Virus record (IMG/VR): IMGVR_UViG_3300017761_003935
Span: 1 to 33,941 of that record
Source of the DNA: a virus
Taxonomy: Duplodnaviria > Caudoviricetes
Strand: one strand, 5' to 3'
Length of the DNA stretch: 33,941 nt
Shown here: piece by piece, positions 27,701 to 32,984 of the stretch
How positions within the stretch are numbered: position 1 is the first letter of the stretch
How the letters are laid out: every line of letters starts with the position of its first letter
Translations under genes and position numbers: made by a program
The notes under the pieces: model-generated
The model's database searches: none
Told to the model about the DNA's origin: nothing
Seen by the model: only the letters and a program-made list of their open reading frames with translations

Positions 27701-27927
27701 GCAAGTTCCTTGAGGCGGCTACGACTGCGGCGACCATGTCCGGCATTCCCGTTGCCGCGCCGGCTCGGGCTATTGCGGGCGCGCTGCCGAGCAACGTCGC
27801 ACCAGAGGCAAAGTTGCTGACCTACTACCGCAAACTCCGCAAGGATCGGAAGTTGACGCCTTCGCAGGCACAGCGGCTACAGGTTCTTGAGGCACGCAAC
27901 AGACTCCGGAAACTTCAAGAGTCTTGA
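18742..27927 (+). CDS. giant multidomain (polyvalent) ejection protein, 3061 aa
   Basis: Last gene of the virion module; Gly/Ala-rich N-terminal region, zincin-like domain (~aa 540-720), Ala/Pro/Thr linker, HhH glycosylase-like domain (~aa 1000-1450), FYS...EIQSDW domain (~aa 1510-2025), helical C-terminal region with hydrophobic helices. Confidence 0.85.
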   Translation: MSQFSNAFDRLRSELDVEPKSDPMERLRRDMRLEESPGYRSETEQSARSVGALGMASLQELASMAFTGPGRVGTPPIATATILTETFGKEDLTPEQRSERAQMSEGMMARAAEEGGTLEQLKYGAIKAGAGKVASTARGVALLTPLPFGARDTFEAAAVGMQEAATPTLDTVPVKIAEATTQGVISLGTFIAAPWLMGGQMFLEGAGGGVAQYEAQRIEEGGARTEAGRIMYGLAAGGVEAATETLGNVVGAKIAKSTVGKLLDPRTYYREALAAKKITAAQFAQEMQRLGPEAPLWQVGKGLAAAYSTEFAEEAGAELGGEGIARISGFRGRDAATLALDTIESGVYGGLGGLGGQGVAMPVFALQAAGERGDKRAKIVSYLKNTEYEDPEIWTKIAPSKIAAMRSMTPDEQVAEVESSRQAALTARADLGMSLAQRADMERKRVELAQKLAAARKRKSADAVTKLESQIGEVQTRLDALEQATSVLAADATAAETAYLAAAAFGASNAPQAAPLPLDDVLANHNATSVNPSTESDKAALTELTNLGYNVVFYTGGDSDQQDAFYDPTSPNTLFIRAGQTSAARAISLGYEEAIHAIQFTDAALWSKLRKMFDEQSVIDAAVEYFQDQTSAVDVAAQRAAMQAMARPEGPQQPAALAQLRAGQALVEAEGTANELRAGVQAMFQTGKAPGLLGRIITRMGLRGQQAATALRVRSEIIASAKRRSTPQQTELGQRVREAFAVIRSREQLDADAKAAVQAKQAAQAAAQAAPAAPAATAAAPAATTTAPAPATATATTTTTAPAPAPSAAPAPATPARSANFLESVNDALGQIRSKSPDFALGVDAYSIVEKLQKPETAQTLTQRERKIGERIQRMLVKRFGEDVTSLWAKRPPRLYPELAALNNRYESGIGGDYMTAEDLADEIEGLDDSGAAIPPAVLDAVKAYRTARGEESGEFGERGGTDVDAADALEQAVAEASSERAEPIEPPAPATAVTLEARKPRQQKTVDLMEADPVSARESLGLVGQIPLTKSGTPTKAGANKTRDVGLALSRRTVRAGMQIGRKDYSDRAANTLASSLASEVEYHLTNSAESGTGEGWYSTNWPNAVSRLAAYFPELVAANKARKAQASARQYRAVLTAFIAIYSNGEKVSINLNNAIAAYGKWRSGKAPSSINIGSRRDMESGLAAIEEVLSQFGMEGFESHLRETMTVREINKALREKGEDAMSDYPADATLPLAAFYFGAKLGAFYANLMGDAGYLTMDLWWCRTFNRMRGQLKTTISPQQLEAYRKKMGLPSAMSRAAILKRSDEARKPYEARNFQSRLEQIMGRKAGKNAKERAKFEKDAKAKLGSKFVALFREHSREKASNTIAKNAFDQMEEAPFGAADRAFMIDVVRRVQGILEERGLELTIADIQAAAWYYEKDLYAKLTGKSGERIGYAEGVDAWIAERKRHGNRPFGRLVRGMAQGVQQPSAKGASEADGRVDEGRSVRPEQRRTLLALDARRVSHEARPQLPVGFYSALIRGVDSLVANSMSADGWKQQIKMLTNRGLVKQTEVEWSGINEWLDTQPGKVEKATVAEWLAENGVSVQVLRFTDKARRPNLVKRYSEYVRETYVDEDGVEQEGTLEHVTTLYDENTDHQFEIFHDEDAGNVRVVVDGVEHLEVKAKLNNQRYEDAMMAITEFLTKTPKGFDGRAGFEEYRIRGAGSIQKANYRELTASLPDVYANRAVVEPYIYEQHMLYKRDADINRLYHIRMEDRQSTDGKKILFVIEIQSDWAQNIRRGERMEGGARADVYDRFRIVDIDTKQVVSRHATDKDAQEEFARRGYGELDNLKYRVEEFPPDAPFVGTTDAWLALALKQILLEAKDGGYDMIAFAKGNQVNNMFGSVMSGARGNGNLKFYDEILPAAISKLMKKMGGPALSKVQIKGAKGTQDVRFDFNDPIDVEDFLTNVGAEGLEDRDYGRDVEDRDGTRVIATLDYVDVGLFKELAEDANGELTVVKTYPSEATQPSLELTPKLQETLQAPIALFARKPKRQESMAYGIGRRSGQVAGVMRGRKEGMREQQDRERVKQVSERRNMRAKFKQRLEDVMERIRRDADRIGDLRDRLDAADRAARADKVELAERMDQQTLLAWFSGMQKGNVAGYNQAKKDMEQIRREVVSIIAMLPQSMRGSYNLAIATMKQSDAGVLKISQQVVRDLATADAIDVVNQIVRTRKRVKKAGMRNETRASIDANLDAAQAMLTSAGRRLKEFTTSADLVQRTNAANALLEQAFDDYDIERREYREGRTEMAEVAAQDAAQFADTMDGVAGLPAEPLAERAPQRTIPQQVAIRNADAYTLMEKLEGSQSGIMGKIWDTLAAAKDTMFKARREIDRSIEAALRAAGYAGYDGYAARAAGLYGDASAETTVVRMAGQDVTMSVDKMLNLAALDPDTVSTLTDEQNPDQPGSGIVFDTNRQATPIKFTQQEHAALVASLTPQQKQLIDEMKNILEQRIRPDVFEIHFQQHGRQPPIVDRYFPRYRLGTEVQELGIDSVNMQPGQVVQTMLSNAGFLNKRVQSRASLVISGLIRVMDSHVDESLRVIHLSLALRYALTVMRSAGVRANIERILGDKGTDLIRKMLLNGVGLSGKPVGDIVENINANIAGANLTINPKTWLRQLGGIARLYTEMSTAAFAAGMASVTTMTPGTRAEMARRVEEANGYFYERHRRSQVGIFANVLGDPRQGTEQWSNALAAVGRAFATAGNDLAAGRFARASRDARQGASAFTRIIRSADMFLRTVDRQVMLAAFAGYRSELSRTNPSMTSDELDMAAAKMAEAAFRRTQNVSDPLDDTVLAAEGKFDRGITRFLFPYSSDPLKGHNQLRRAFSSRDPEKIAKATAGVGMNMLWSAAVNPAWAAAFAGLSALLGGDDDEDEKAIAAILTEREMKRIVARISAETAAQALGYPGTFANEVLNAALLGFSGAAEGVGEPLVIASMGELARSLVEGKFLEAATTAATMSGIPVAAPARAIAGALPSNVAPEAKLLTYYRKLRKDRKLTPSQAQRLQVLEARNRLRKLQES
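23069..23257 (+). CDS. candidate nested +1-frame mini-gene inside the giant gene (start uncertain)
   Basis: ...EIVPSDGLFAAWRRAFSNLPPKERAKQMVELMKGALSARNSAAPSSPSTPAE*; AAGGAG at 23060-23065; overlies an Arg/Gly-rich linker of the main frame. Confidence 0.45.
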   Translation: MRGLPSASVTEIVPSDGLFAAWRRAFSNLPPKERAKQMVELMKGALSARNSAAPSSPSTPAE

Positions 27928-27955
27928 ATAATTGCGAATCTTCTCATGTTCGTAC

Positions 27956-27984
27956 TGTACAGCATCCGATGCATGCTGTATGGT
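27956..27984 (+). promoter_or_regulatory. putative sigma70-type promoter overlapped by a palindromic operator
   Basis: TGTACA-17 nt-TATGGT; inverted repeat TACAGCAT-N7-ATGCTGTA at 27958-27980. Confidence 0.5.
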
Positions 27985-27991
27985 TCACCGC

Positions 27992-28207
27992 ATGAGTACG
28001 AGCAAGCGTTACACCGCATTGATGATCCTCACGCCGATCGCGAATCGCCTGCGTGCGCTGGCGAAGAAGCGCGGCGAGACGATCTCGAAGTGTCTCGAAT
28101 GTGTCCTTGGAAATGAGGAATACTCAAGCATGGACAAGGCGAACGAGCCATTGGTTCGCACTGGTCAGGGTGACTACGAAACGGTGATTCGACCCACCGA
28201 CATCTAA
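27992..28207 (+). CDS. small DNA-binding regulator (ribbon-helix-helix-like)
   Basis: 71 aa; strand YTALMI, helix PIANRLRALAKKRG, then ETISKCLECVL. Confidence 0.6.
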   Translation: MSTSKRYTALMILTPIANRLRALAKKRGETISKCLECVLGNEEYSSMDKANEPLVRTGQGDYETVIRPTDI

Positions 28208-28243
28208 AAATAGCCCGCCGTCCGATTGGTCGAAACGGCGGGC
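28206..28243 (-). terminator. minus-strand intrinsic terminator
   Basis: 9-bp perfect stem GCCCGCCGT/ACGGCGGGC (28213-28243); on the minus strand it is followed by TATTTTT. Confidence 0.55.
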
Positions 28244-28260
28244 CTGAATTGGAGTTTCAA

Positions 28261-29118
28261 ATGTTTGAGCCACAGGAGTGGCCGAGCGTCGAGTACGACT
28301 TGGCCGAGTCAGTATACCACAGCCTCAACTACATGAGTGCATCGAGGTTGAAGGTGTTGAGTTCAGGGACATCCCTGCACCTTGATCACGAGATCCGGAA
28401 CCCGCGCGAAGACAGTGATGATCTGATGATCGGGCGCGCGCTTCACACGTTTGTCCTGCGGCGTCTCGCCTTCGACTCGGAGTTTGCAGTGATGCCGAAG
28501 GTCGATGGTCGCACCAAGGAAGGCAAGGCAGCCAAGGAACAGTTTGCGCTCGAGGCTGCGGGCAAGTCCGTCCTGACAACCGATCAGGCCGCGCAGGTCG
28601 AGGCTATGGCCTTGTCCATCGCTGCACATCCGGAGGCGTACAACCTGCTTCGCAACCTCCCTGGACGCGAAGAGGTCAGCGTGTTCGCAGAGATCTACGG
28701 CATCCAGTCGAAGTCGCGAATGGATCGCATCTTGGATATCGATGGATCGCGCGTGATCTGTGATCTCAAGACGGTGCGAGACGGAGCCGGCAGGCGCGAC
28801 TTCGAGCGCACCGTGTGGACGTATAACTATGGTCTTCAGGCTCTCATGTATTCGCGGATGGCGAACGCGGCGGGGCTGGGTCCGATCTCTGACTTCGTGT
28901 TTGTGGCGGTGGAGAAAAAGGCTCCGTATGCGGTCGCCTGCTATCGCCTTCGAGACGAGGTGCTTCAGGCATTCGGACCTCGACTCGATTCGCTGATCGC
29001 GAAGTACAACGACTACCTCGAAGCCGGGCCCGTGGGCTACACGGGCATCGAAGACTTGGCCGTGCCCGCGTGGGCGCTGCGTGAACTGGAATCTGAAATT
29101 GGAGAAAGCAATGTCTGA
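28261..29118 (+). CDS. PD-(D/E)XK exonuclease, RecE/exonuclease VIII (DUF3799)-like
   Basis: YH....SAS.LK, G.A.H..VL, KSRMDRI, DLKT and Y..Q...Y motifs, FVFVAVEKKAPY; GGAG RBS. Confidence 0.88.
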   Translation: MFEPQEWPSVEYDLAESVYHSLNYMSASRLKVLSSGTSLHLDHEIRNPREDSDDLMIGRALHTFVLRRLAFDSEFAVMPKVDGRTKEGKAAKEQFALEAAGKSVLTTDQAAQVEAMALSIAAHPEAYNLLRNLPGREEVSVFAEIYGIQSKSRMDRILDIDGSRVICDLKTVRDGAGRRDFERTVWTYNYGLQALMYSRMANAAGLGPISDFVFVAVEKKAPYAVACYRLRDEVLQAFGPRLDSLIAKYNDYLEAGPVGYTGIEDLAVPAWALRELESEIGESNV

Positions 29119-30094
29119 CATCGTGAAGAAGAACATGGCAAACGCGATTGAACAGGTCGTGATCGGTGGCGACCTGTCGAAACTGACCGCAGAGCAGCGC
29201 GTCGCATACGTCCGCACCGTGTGCGATTCGCTCGGCGTGAACCCGGCAACAACCCCGTTTCAGTACATCGTGTTGAACGGCAAGTTGACCCTGTACGCAA
29301 CCCGCTCGGCGAGCGAGCAGTTGCGGAAGATCCACGGCGTGTCGATCGCTCCTTTGGAGCGTTCGATGATGGCGGAGGCGGGCCTGTATCAGGTGGTGGC
29401 TCGAGGCAAGGATGCGACTGGTAGAGAGGATGAGGCGAGTGGAGTCGTGACGATCTCCGGGCTGAAGGGCGAGAATTTGGCAAACGCCATGCTGAAGTGC
29501 GAGACGAAGGCCAAGCGCCGCCTGACCCTCTCGATCTGCGGGCTCGGCTTCCTCGACGAGACCGAGGTCTCTGACATCCCCGGGGCGACCATGCCAACGG
29601 CCGCTCCGGTGTCGGTCGCCAAGCCCGCGCTTGAGAGCGCGCCTGGCCCAGTTGCCAAGTCTGTCGGAAGCGGTCTCGCAAAGTTGCGCGAGAAGGTCGC
29701 TTCGGCTACCGTAGTCGAGCAGGACACTCCATCCACGAGCCCCCGGAAAGGCGGGGGTGCCCCGGTTTCAATGCCGGCGAGCGCCCCCGCTTCCGAGGAT
29801 GAATCGGATGATGAGGGCGATGAGTACATCTCGGTGACGTTCAGGTACGTCGATCGCAAGCAGACCAAGAAGGGCAACGACTACGTCGCGGCGAAGACCG
29901 CCGACGGGTCGCGCTACGTCTGCTTCGATGAGAACCTCCTCGACACGATCGAGGAGACCAAGGGTCAGGCGATCCGGGTTCTCGTGGAGCCCGGCGATGG
30001 CGGGAATCCTGACCGGATCCTTGAGATCCGATCCGGCGCGGCGGCTGCGGAGCAGCGGCACGTCGAGGTGCCAGTGGATCACATCCCGTTCTAA
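29111..30094 (+). CDS. single-strand annealing recombinase (RecT/Red-beta/Rad52 superfamily) with C-terminal OB-like domain
   Basis: GDLSKL...R..Y....C.SLG.NP.T.PF and NA.LKCETKAKRR.TLSICGLG motifs; paired with the exonuclease; ends DHIPF. Confidence 0.78.
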   Translation: MSDIVKKNMANAIEQVVIGGDLSKLTAEQRVAYVRTVCDSLGVNPATTPFQYIVLNGKLTLYATRSASEQLRKIHGVSIAPLERSMMAEAGLYQVVARGKDATGREDEASGVVTISGLKGENLANAMLKCETKAKRRLTLSICGLGFLDETEVSDIPGATMPTAAPVSVAKPALESAPGPVAKSVGSGLAKLREKVASATVVEQDTPSTSPRKGGGAPVSMPASAPASEDESDDEGDEYISVTFRYVDRKQTKKGNDYVAAKTADGSRYVCFDENLLDTIEETKGQAIRVLVEPGDGGNPDRILEIRSGAAAAEQRHVEVPVDHIPF

Positions 30095-30100
30095 TGCCTT

Positions 30101-30148
30101 GCGGGGGTCGCCGGCGCGACGGAGCCGGCGGCCCCTGCTTTCCACTTT
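30101..30148 (+). terminator. intrinsic terminator after the recombination genes
   Basis: 15-bp stem (30101-30115/30124-30138) with two G-U pairs favouring the + strand, followed by TTTCCACTTT. Confidence 0.65.
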
Positions 30149-30158
30149 GGAGGAGCAC

Positions 30159-30986
30159 ATGAATGAGTTGGCACTTTTCGCAGGCGCTGGTGGCGGAATC
30201 CTTGGCGGCCACCTGCTCGGATGGCGCTGTGTCTGCGCCGTTGAGTATGACCACTATGCACGCAGCGTTCTCATGGCACGACAGAACGACGGGTGCCTCC
30301 CGCCGTTTCCGATATGGGATGATGTCAGAACCTTTGATGGACGCCCATGGAGAGGTTGTATTGACGTGGTGTCTGGAGGCTTCCCGTGCCAGGACATCAG
30401 CGCCGCTGGCAAGGGTGCAGGAATCAATGGAAAGCGATCCGGATTATGGTCCGAGATGGCGCGCATTGTCGGTGAGGTTCAACCCAGATACGTGTGGGTG
30501 GAGAACAGCCCACTGCTTATTGGAAGAGGACTTGGACTGGTCCTTGCTGACCTTGCCGCGATGGGGTTCTCTGCAAGATGGGGAGTTGTTGGAGCGCATC
30601 ACACTGGAGCGCCGCACAAAAGAGACAGAATTTGGTTGTTGGCCTACTCCGAAAGCGAGCGCGGCGGGACCGGACTTTGCAGCGGTGAAGAGAAAAAAAT
30701 CAATCAGCCTGCAAACTGCGGTAGCCATGTTTCCGACACCGTGTGCAAGCGAAGGAAGACAGGGATATCAGAATCGAAACAACGGGAAGAAGGGATCACA
30801 GAAGAGTCTGACCACGATTGTTCAGGCCGGACCATCCGACCTGGTTGGTGGGAGTCTGAACCCAACGTGGGTCGAGTGGCTAATGGGGTGGCCGCTCGGG
30901 TGGACCGATTGCGGTGCATCGGCAACGGTCAGGTTCCGAGAGTGGTGCAGCGCGCATGGAATGACTTGAGTAAGGGTTATAAATGA
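30159..30986 (+). CDS. DNA cytosine-5 methyltransferase, alpha chain (motifs I-VIII and X)
   Basis: LFAGAGG (I), GGFPCQD (IV), VENS (VI), PHKRDRIW (VIII), RLRCIGNGQVP (X); no motif IX in this frame; GGAGG RBS. Confidence 0.92.
   Translation: MNELALFAGAGGGILGGHLLGWRCVCAVEYDHYARSVLMARQNDGCLPPFPIWDDVRTFDGRPWRGCIDVVSGGFPCQDISAAGKGAGINGKRSGLWSEMARIVGEVQPRYVWVENSPLLIGRGLGLVLADLAAMGFSARWGVVGAHHTGAPHKRDRIWLLAYSESERGGTGLCSGEEKKINQPANCGSHVSDTVCKRRKTGISESKQREEGITEESDHDCSGRTIRPGWWESEPNVGRVANGVAARVDRLRCIGNGQVPRVVQRAWNDLSKGYK
30163..30969 (+). CDS. methyltransferase beta chain in the +1 frame (motif IX and TRD-like repeats); true start may be internal
   Basis: 268-codon open frame nested in the MTase gene; WPTPKAS and FPTPCAS repeats; LNPTWVEWLMGWPLGWT matches motif IX. 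Confidence 0.75.
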   Translation: MSWHFSQALVAESLAATCSDGAVSAPLSMTTMHAAFSWHDRTTGASRRFRYGMMSEPLMDAHGEVVLTWCLEASRARTSAPLARVQESMESDPDYGPRWRALSVRFNPDTCGWRTAHCLLEEDLDWSLLTLPRWGSLQDGELLERITLERRTKETEFGCWPTPKASAAGPDFAAVKRKKSISLQTAVAMFPTPCASEGRQGYQNRNNGKKGSQKSLTTIVQAGPSDLVGGSLNPTWVEWLMGWPLGWTDCGASATVRFREWCSAHGMT

Positions 30987-31297
30987 TCTGCCAATCCATC
31001 ATTTCAATTGCGCTCGGCGCAGACTCGTTCTTCAACTACGGCACATATTCGATCCTCAACAACAGACAGGTGGTGTCCATCCCCGCTGCTCGAACGATCA
31101 TGTGGGATCGAGGGCAAGCGACGCACCTCGCGCCAGGGGTGTGGATCGGTTACGGCTGGGAGGAGTTCCCCGCCGGAGCGCCTGCGTTGTTCCTGCTTGC
31201 CGCGACCGAGTCGGCTCCTGCTCACGATACGAAGGACGTATCGAACCCCTTTGGATTCCTTGAGGCACACCGGCCGATAGGCGATCCCCAAGAATAA
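30983..31297 (+). CDS. hypothetical protein
   Basis: 104 aa; ATGA overlap with the MTase stop. Confidence 0.55.
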   Translation: MICQSIISIALGADSFFNYGTYSILNNRQVVSIPAARTIMWDRGQATHLAPGVWIGYGWEEFPAGAPALFLLAATESAPAHDTKDVSNPFGFLEAHRPIGDPQE

Positions 31298-31325
31298 AAC
31301 AGGGGGGCGGCCGAAGCCGCCCCCC
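31293..31325 (-). terminator. minus-strand intrinsic terminator with cUUCGg tetraloop
   Basis: Minus strand reads GGGGGGCGGC-TTCG-GCCGCCCCCC-TGTTTTATT; perfect 10-bp stem. Confidence 0.7.
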
Positions 31326-31367
31326 AAACCCTTGAATCAGCCCCGCGTCATGCACGGGAGACCCAAT

Positions 31368-32105
31368 ATGAGTATATCAAAAGCCCGTGGCAGCCTGCCA
31401 TGGTTCTCGTTCTATCCTGCCGATTTCCTGTCGAGCACCGCAGATATGGACCCTGCCTGCGTGGGTGCATACATACGCATGCTGTCGTGGCAGTGGGTTC
31501 GGGGCGTAATCCCGGACGATAGTGCCATACTTGCAAGGATCTGTGGTGGATTCGATCCACAGTGGTGGGCCCTGATTCGACCGCGATTAGTCGAGGTGTC
31601 AGGCGGACTTGCACACCCTCGCCTGCTAGCCGAACGGGAGAAGGGCGAGGCTGTGGCTGCCAAGCGACGCGCCAACATTCAACGCATCAATGATCGTGCC
31701 ATTCATCGTCCCATTGATCGTGCCATTGAATGCCCCACAACCACAACCACATCCACAACCACAACCCCTCCGGGGGGTGGAGGGGGGCAGGTGGTCATTT
31801 CAGAGGCATGCATGCAGGCGATCTGCCGGCGGGAGCGCAAGCCTGAATCCGAGGTGCAGCCAATCGTGGAGGCTGTCCACAGGGTCCTGATCAGGAACCT
31901 TGAGAAGGCAGGAGCATCTCCATCCATCACCAATTCCGCATGGCTAGCAGCCATCGATTGGTGGGCGACCACTGGGGTTCGGCCAACCGATTTCATCAAG
32001 CAACTGACAGATAACATGGAAGACGCCAATGATGTCGATCGGATCATCGCGTACAGGATTACCAATCGCCACACCAAGCGCACAGGAAAGCGCCAGGCTA
32101 GATAG
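31368..32105 (+). CDS. replication initiator-like protein (DUF1376/YdaU family)
   Basis: LPWFSFYPADFLSST..M.....GAYIRML..QW..G.IP.D...LARI...HPRL..E; GGGAG RBS; internal iterons. Confidence 0.82.
   Translation: MSISKARGSLPWFSFYPADFLSSTADMDPACVGAYIRMLSWQWVRGVIPDDSAILARICGGFDPQWWALIRPRLVEVSGGLAHPRLLAEREKGEAVAAKRRANIQRINDRAIHRPIDRAIECPTTTTTSTTTTPPGGGGGQVVISEACMQAICRRERKPESEVQPIVEAVHRVLIRNLEKAGASPSITNSAWLAAIDWWATTGVRPTDFIKQLTDNMEDANDVDRIIAYRITNRHTKRTGKRQAR
31691..31785. repeat. iteron-like repeats; putative replication origin
   Basis: 12-bp tandem units TGATCGTGCCAT/TCATCGTCCCAT/TGATCGTGCCAT, about five CCACAA units, then a CCCCTCC/GGAGGGG inverted repeat. Confidence 0.65.
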
Positions 32106-32131
32106 GAAGACCTATGGGTGGGCGGAGAGAC

Positions 32132-32539
32132 CTACCCGTATGCAGGATCGATCTCAATCAATCGTAGGGCCTGATCCATGGGTCGTGCCGTAATCACCAC
32201 CCGCGCCTTGAACCCAGCCCCCTCGCCGGGAAACCATCGCCGGATCGTGGTCGCGCGGATGTCCCTGTCATCGCGCCACCACCCAGCGGAGGTCAGGCCA
32301 TCGATGAAGTACTTGCATTTGCCATGGGCATTGTCGGTATCGATCATGCGGCGCGTCGCGCAGTACCAGTCGATGACCAGGGATACCACCTTGATCGGTT
32401 GTTCGGGTCCGACAATTGCTCCATACAACGACGCAAGTTGTTTGTCAGACTTGGCTTGCGTGTTCCTAGCACGCCAATGACTGCGCCCGTTTGGCCCCTC
32501 GTACTTGGGCATCGGCAGGATGACTCGGAATTCATTCAT
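32132..32539 (-). CDS. rusA: RusA-like Holliday junction resolvase
   Basis: DTDN...K..IDGL..AG.W.DD catalytic pattern; start overlaps the upstream gene's stop. Confidence 0.78.
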   Translation of the reverse strand: MNEFRVILPMPKYEGPNGRSHWRARNTQAKSDKQLASLYGAIVGPEQPIKVVSLVIDWYCATRRMIDTDNAHGKCKYFIDGLTSAGWWRDDRDIRATTIRRWFPGEGAGFKARVVITARPMDQALRLIEIDPAYG

Positions 32540-32873
32540 CTTCAATCCTGCTCGAGAACATGATCGTGTTCACGTTCCCCCCAGTAATGTCCGCCCACGT
32601 CTTCACCAAGTACGCGAGCGCCTGCGCCATTCGTGCTTTAGCAGGGTCGCGGCGCTGGGATTCGATGTCCGATACTCGGTTGCAATGCGCGCGCAGAAGA
32701 TCGTCCAGTTTAGCGACCATACAAGCGCGAACGGATTCTCGCTCATGCGCTTTCTCCACCTCTCGCATCGCCCATTTGATGATCTCCTCCTGGCTCATAG
32801 CCTTTAGGTCCGCGACTCGTTCGGTCTGGCTCTTTGCCCTGCGTTCGTTCCATCCAGTCAGTCTTGCTCGCAT
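32532..32873 (-). CDS. hypothetical helical protein, 113 aa
   Basis: MRARLTGWNERRAK...; GGAG RBS 7 nt before ATG; the ORF track's extension to 33563 is antisense shadow of the phosphoesterase. Confidence 0.65.
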   Translation of the reverse strand: MRARLTGWNERRAKSQTERVADLKAMSQEEIIKWAMREVEKAHERESVRACMVAKLDDLLRAHCNRVSDIESQRRDPAKARMAQALAYLVKTWADITGGNVNTIMFSSRIEDE

Positions 32874-32984
32874 GTTGGGTCTCCGTCCTGAAGATTGAAG
32901 GGTGTGTTTGCAGTTCCACAAAATGAGAGTACCAAACGCCTGCAACTCTTGATCGTGGCTGGATCTGGGTCGCATCATGTACTC

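Noticed and set aside
29928-30158. Longer N-termini in the ORF track (MTase 29928; also 230, 7857, 12199, 16756, 17294, 27932, 31332)
   Set aside because: They cross terminators or upstream genes; downstream starts with RBS, stop-start overlap or better context fit better.
30693-30699. A7 run in the MTase as a programmed slippage site
   Set aside because: It lies after the first PTP unit, so slippage there would not cleanly join motif VIII to the TRD region; both frames are independently open.
31691-31765. CRISPR-like array
   Set aside because: Units are 6-12 bp and contiguous with no spacers; no CRISPR array, tRNA or integrase was recognised anywhere in the window.
32906-32946. TTGCAG...CTGCAA inverted repeat in the divergent intergenic region
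   Set aside because: Only 6 bp with a long spacer; not distinguishable from chance.
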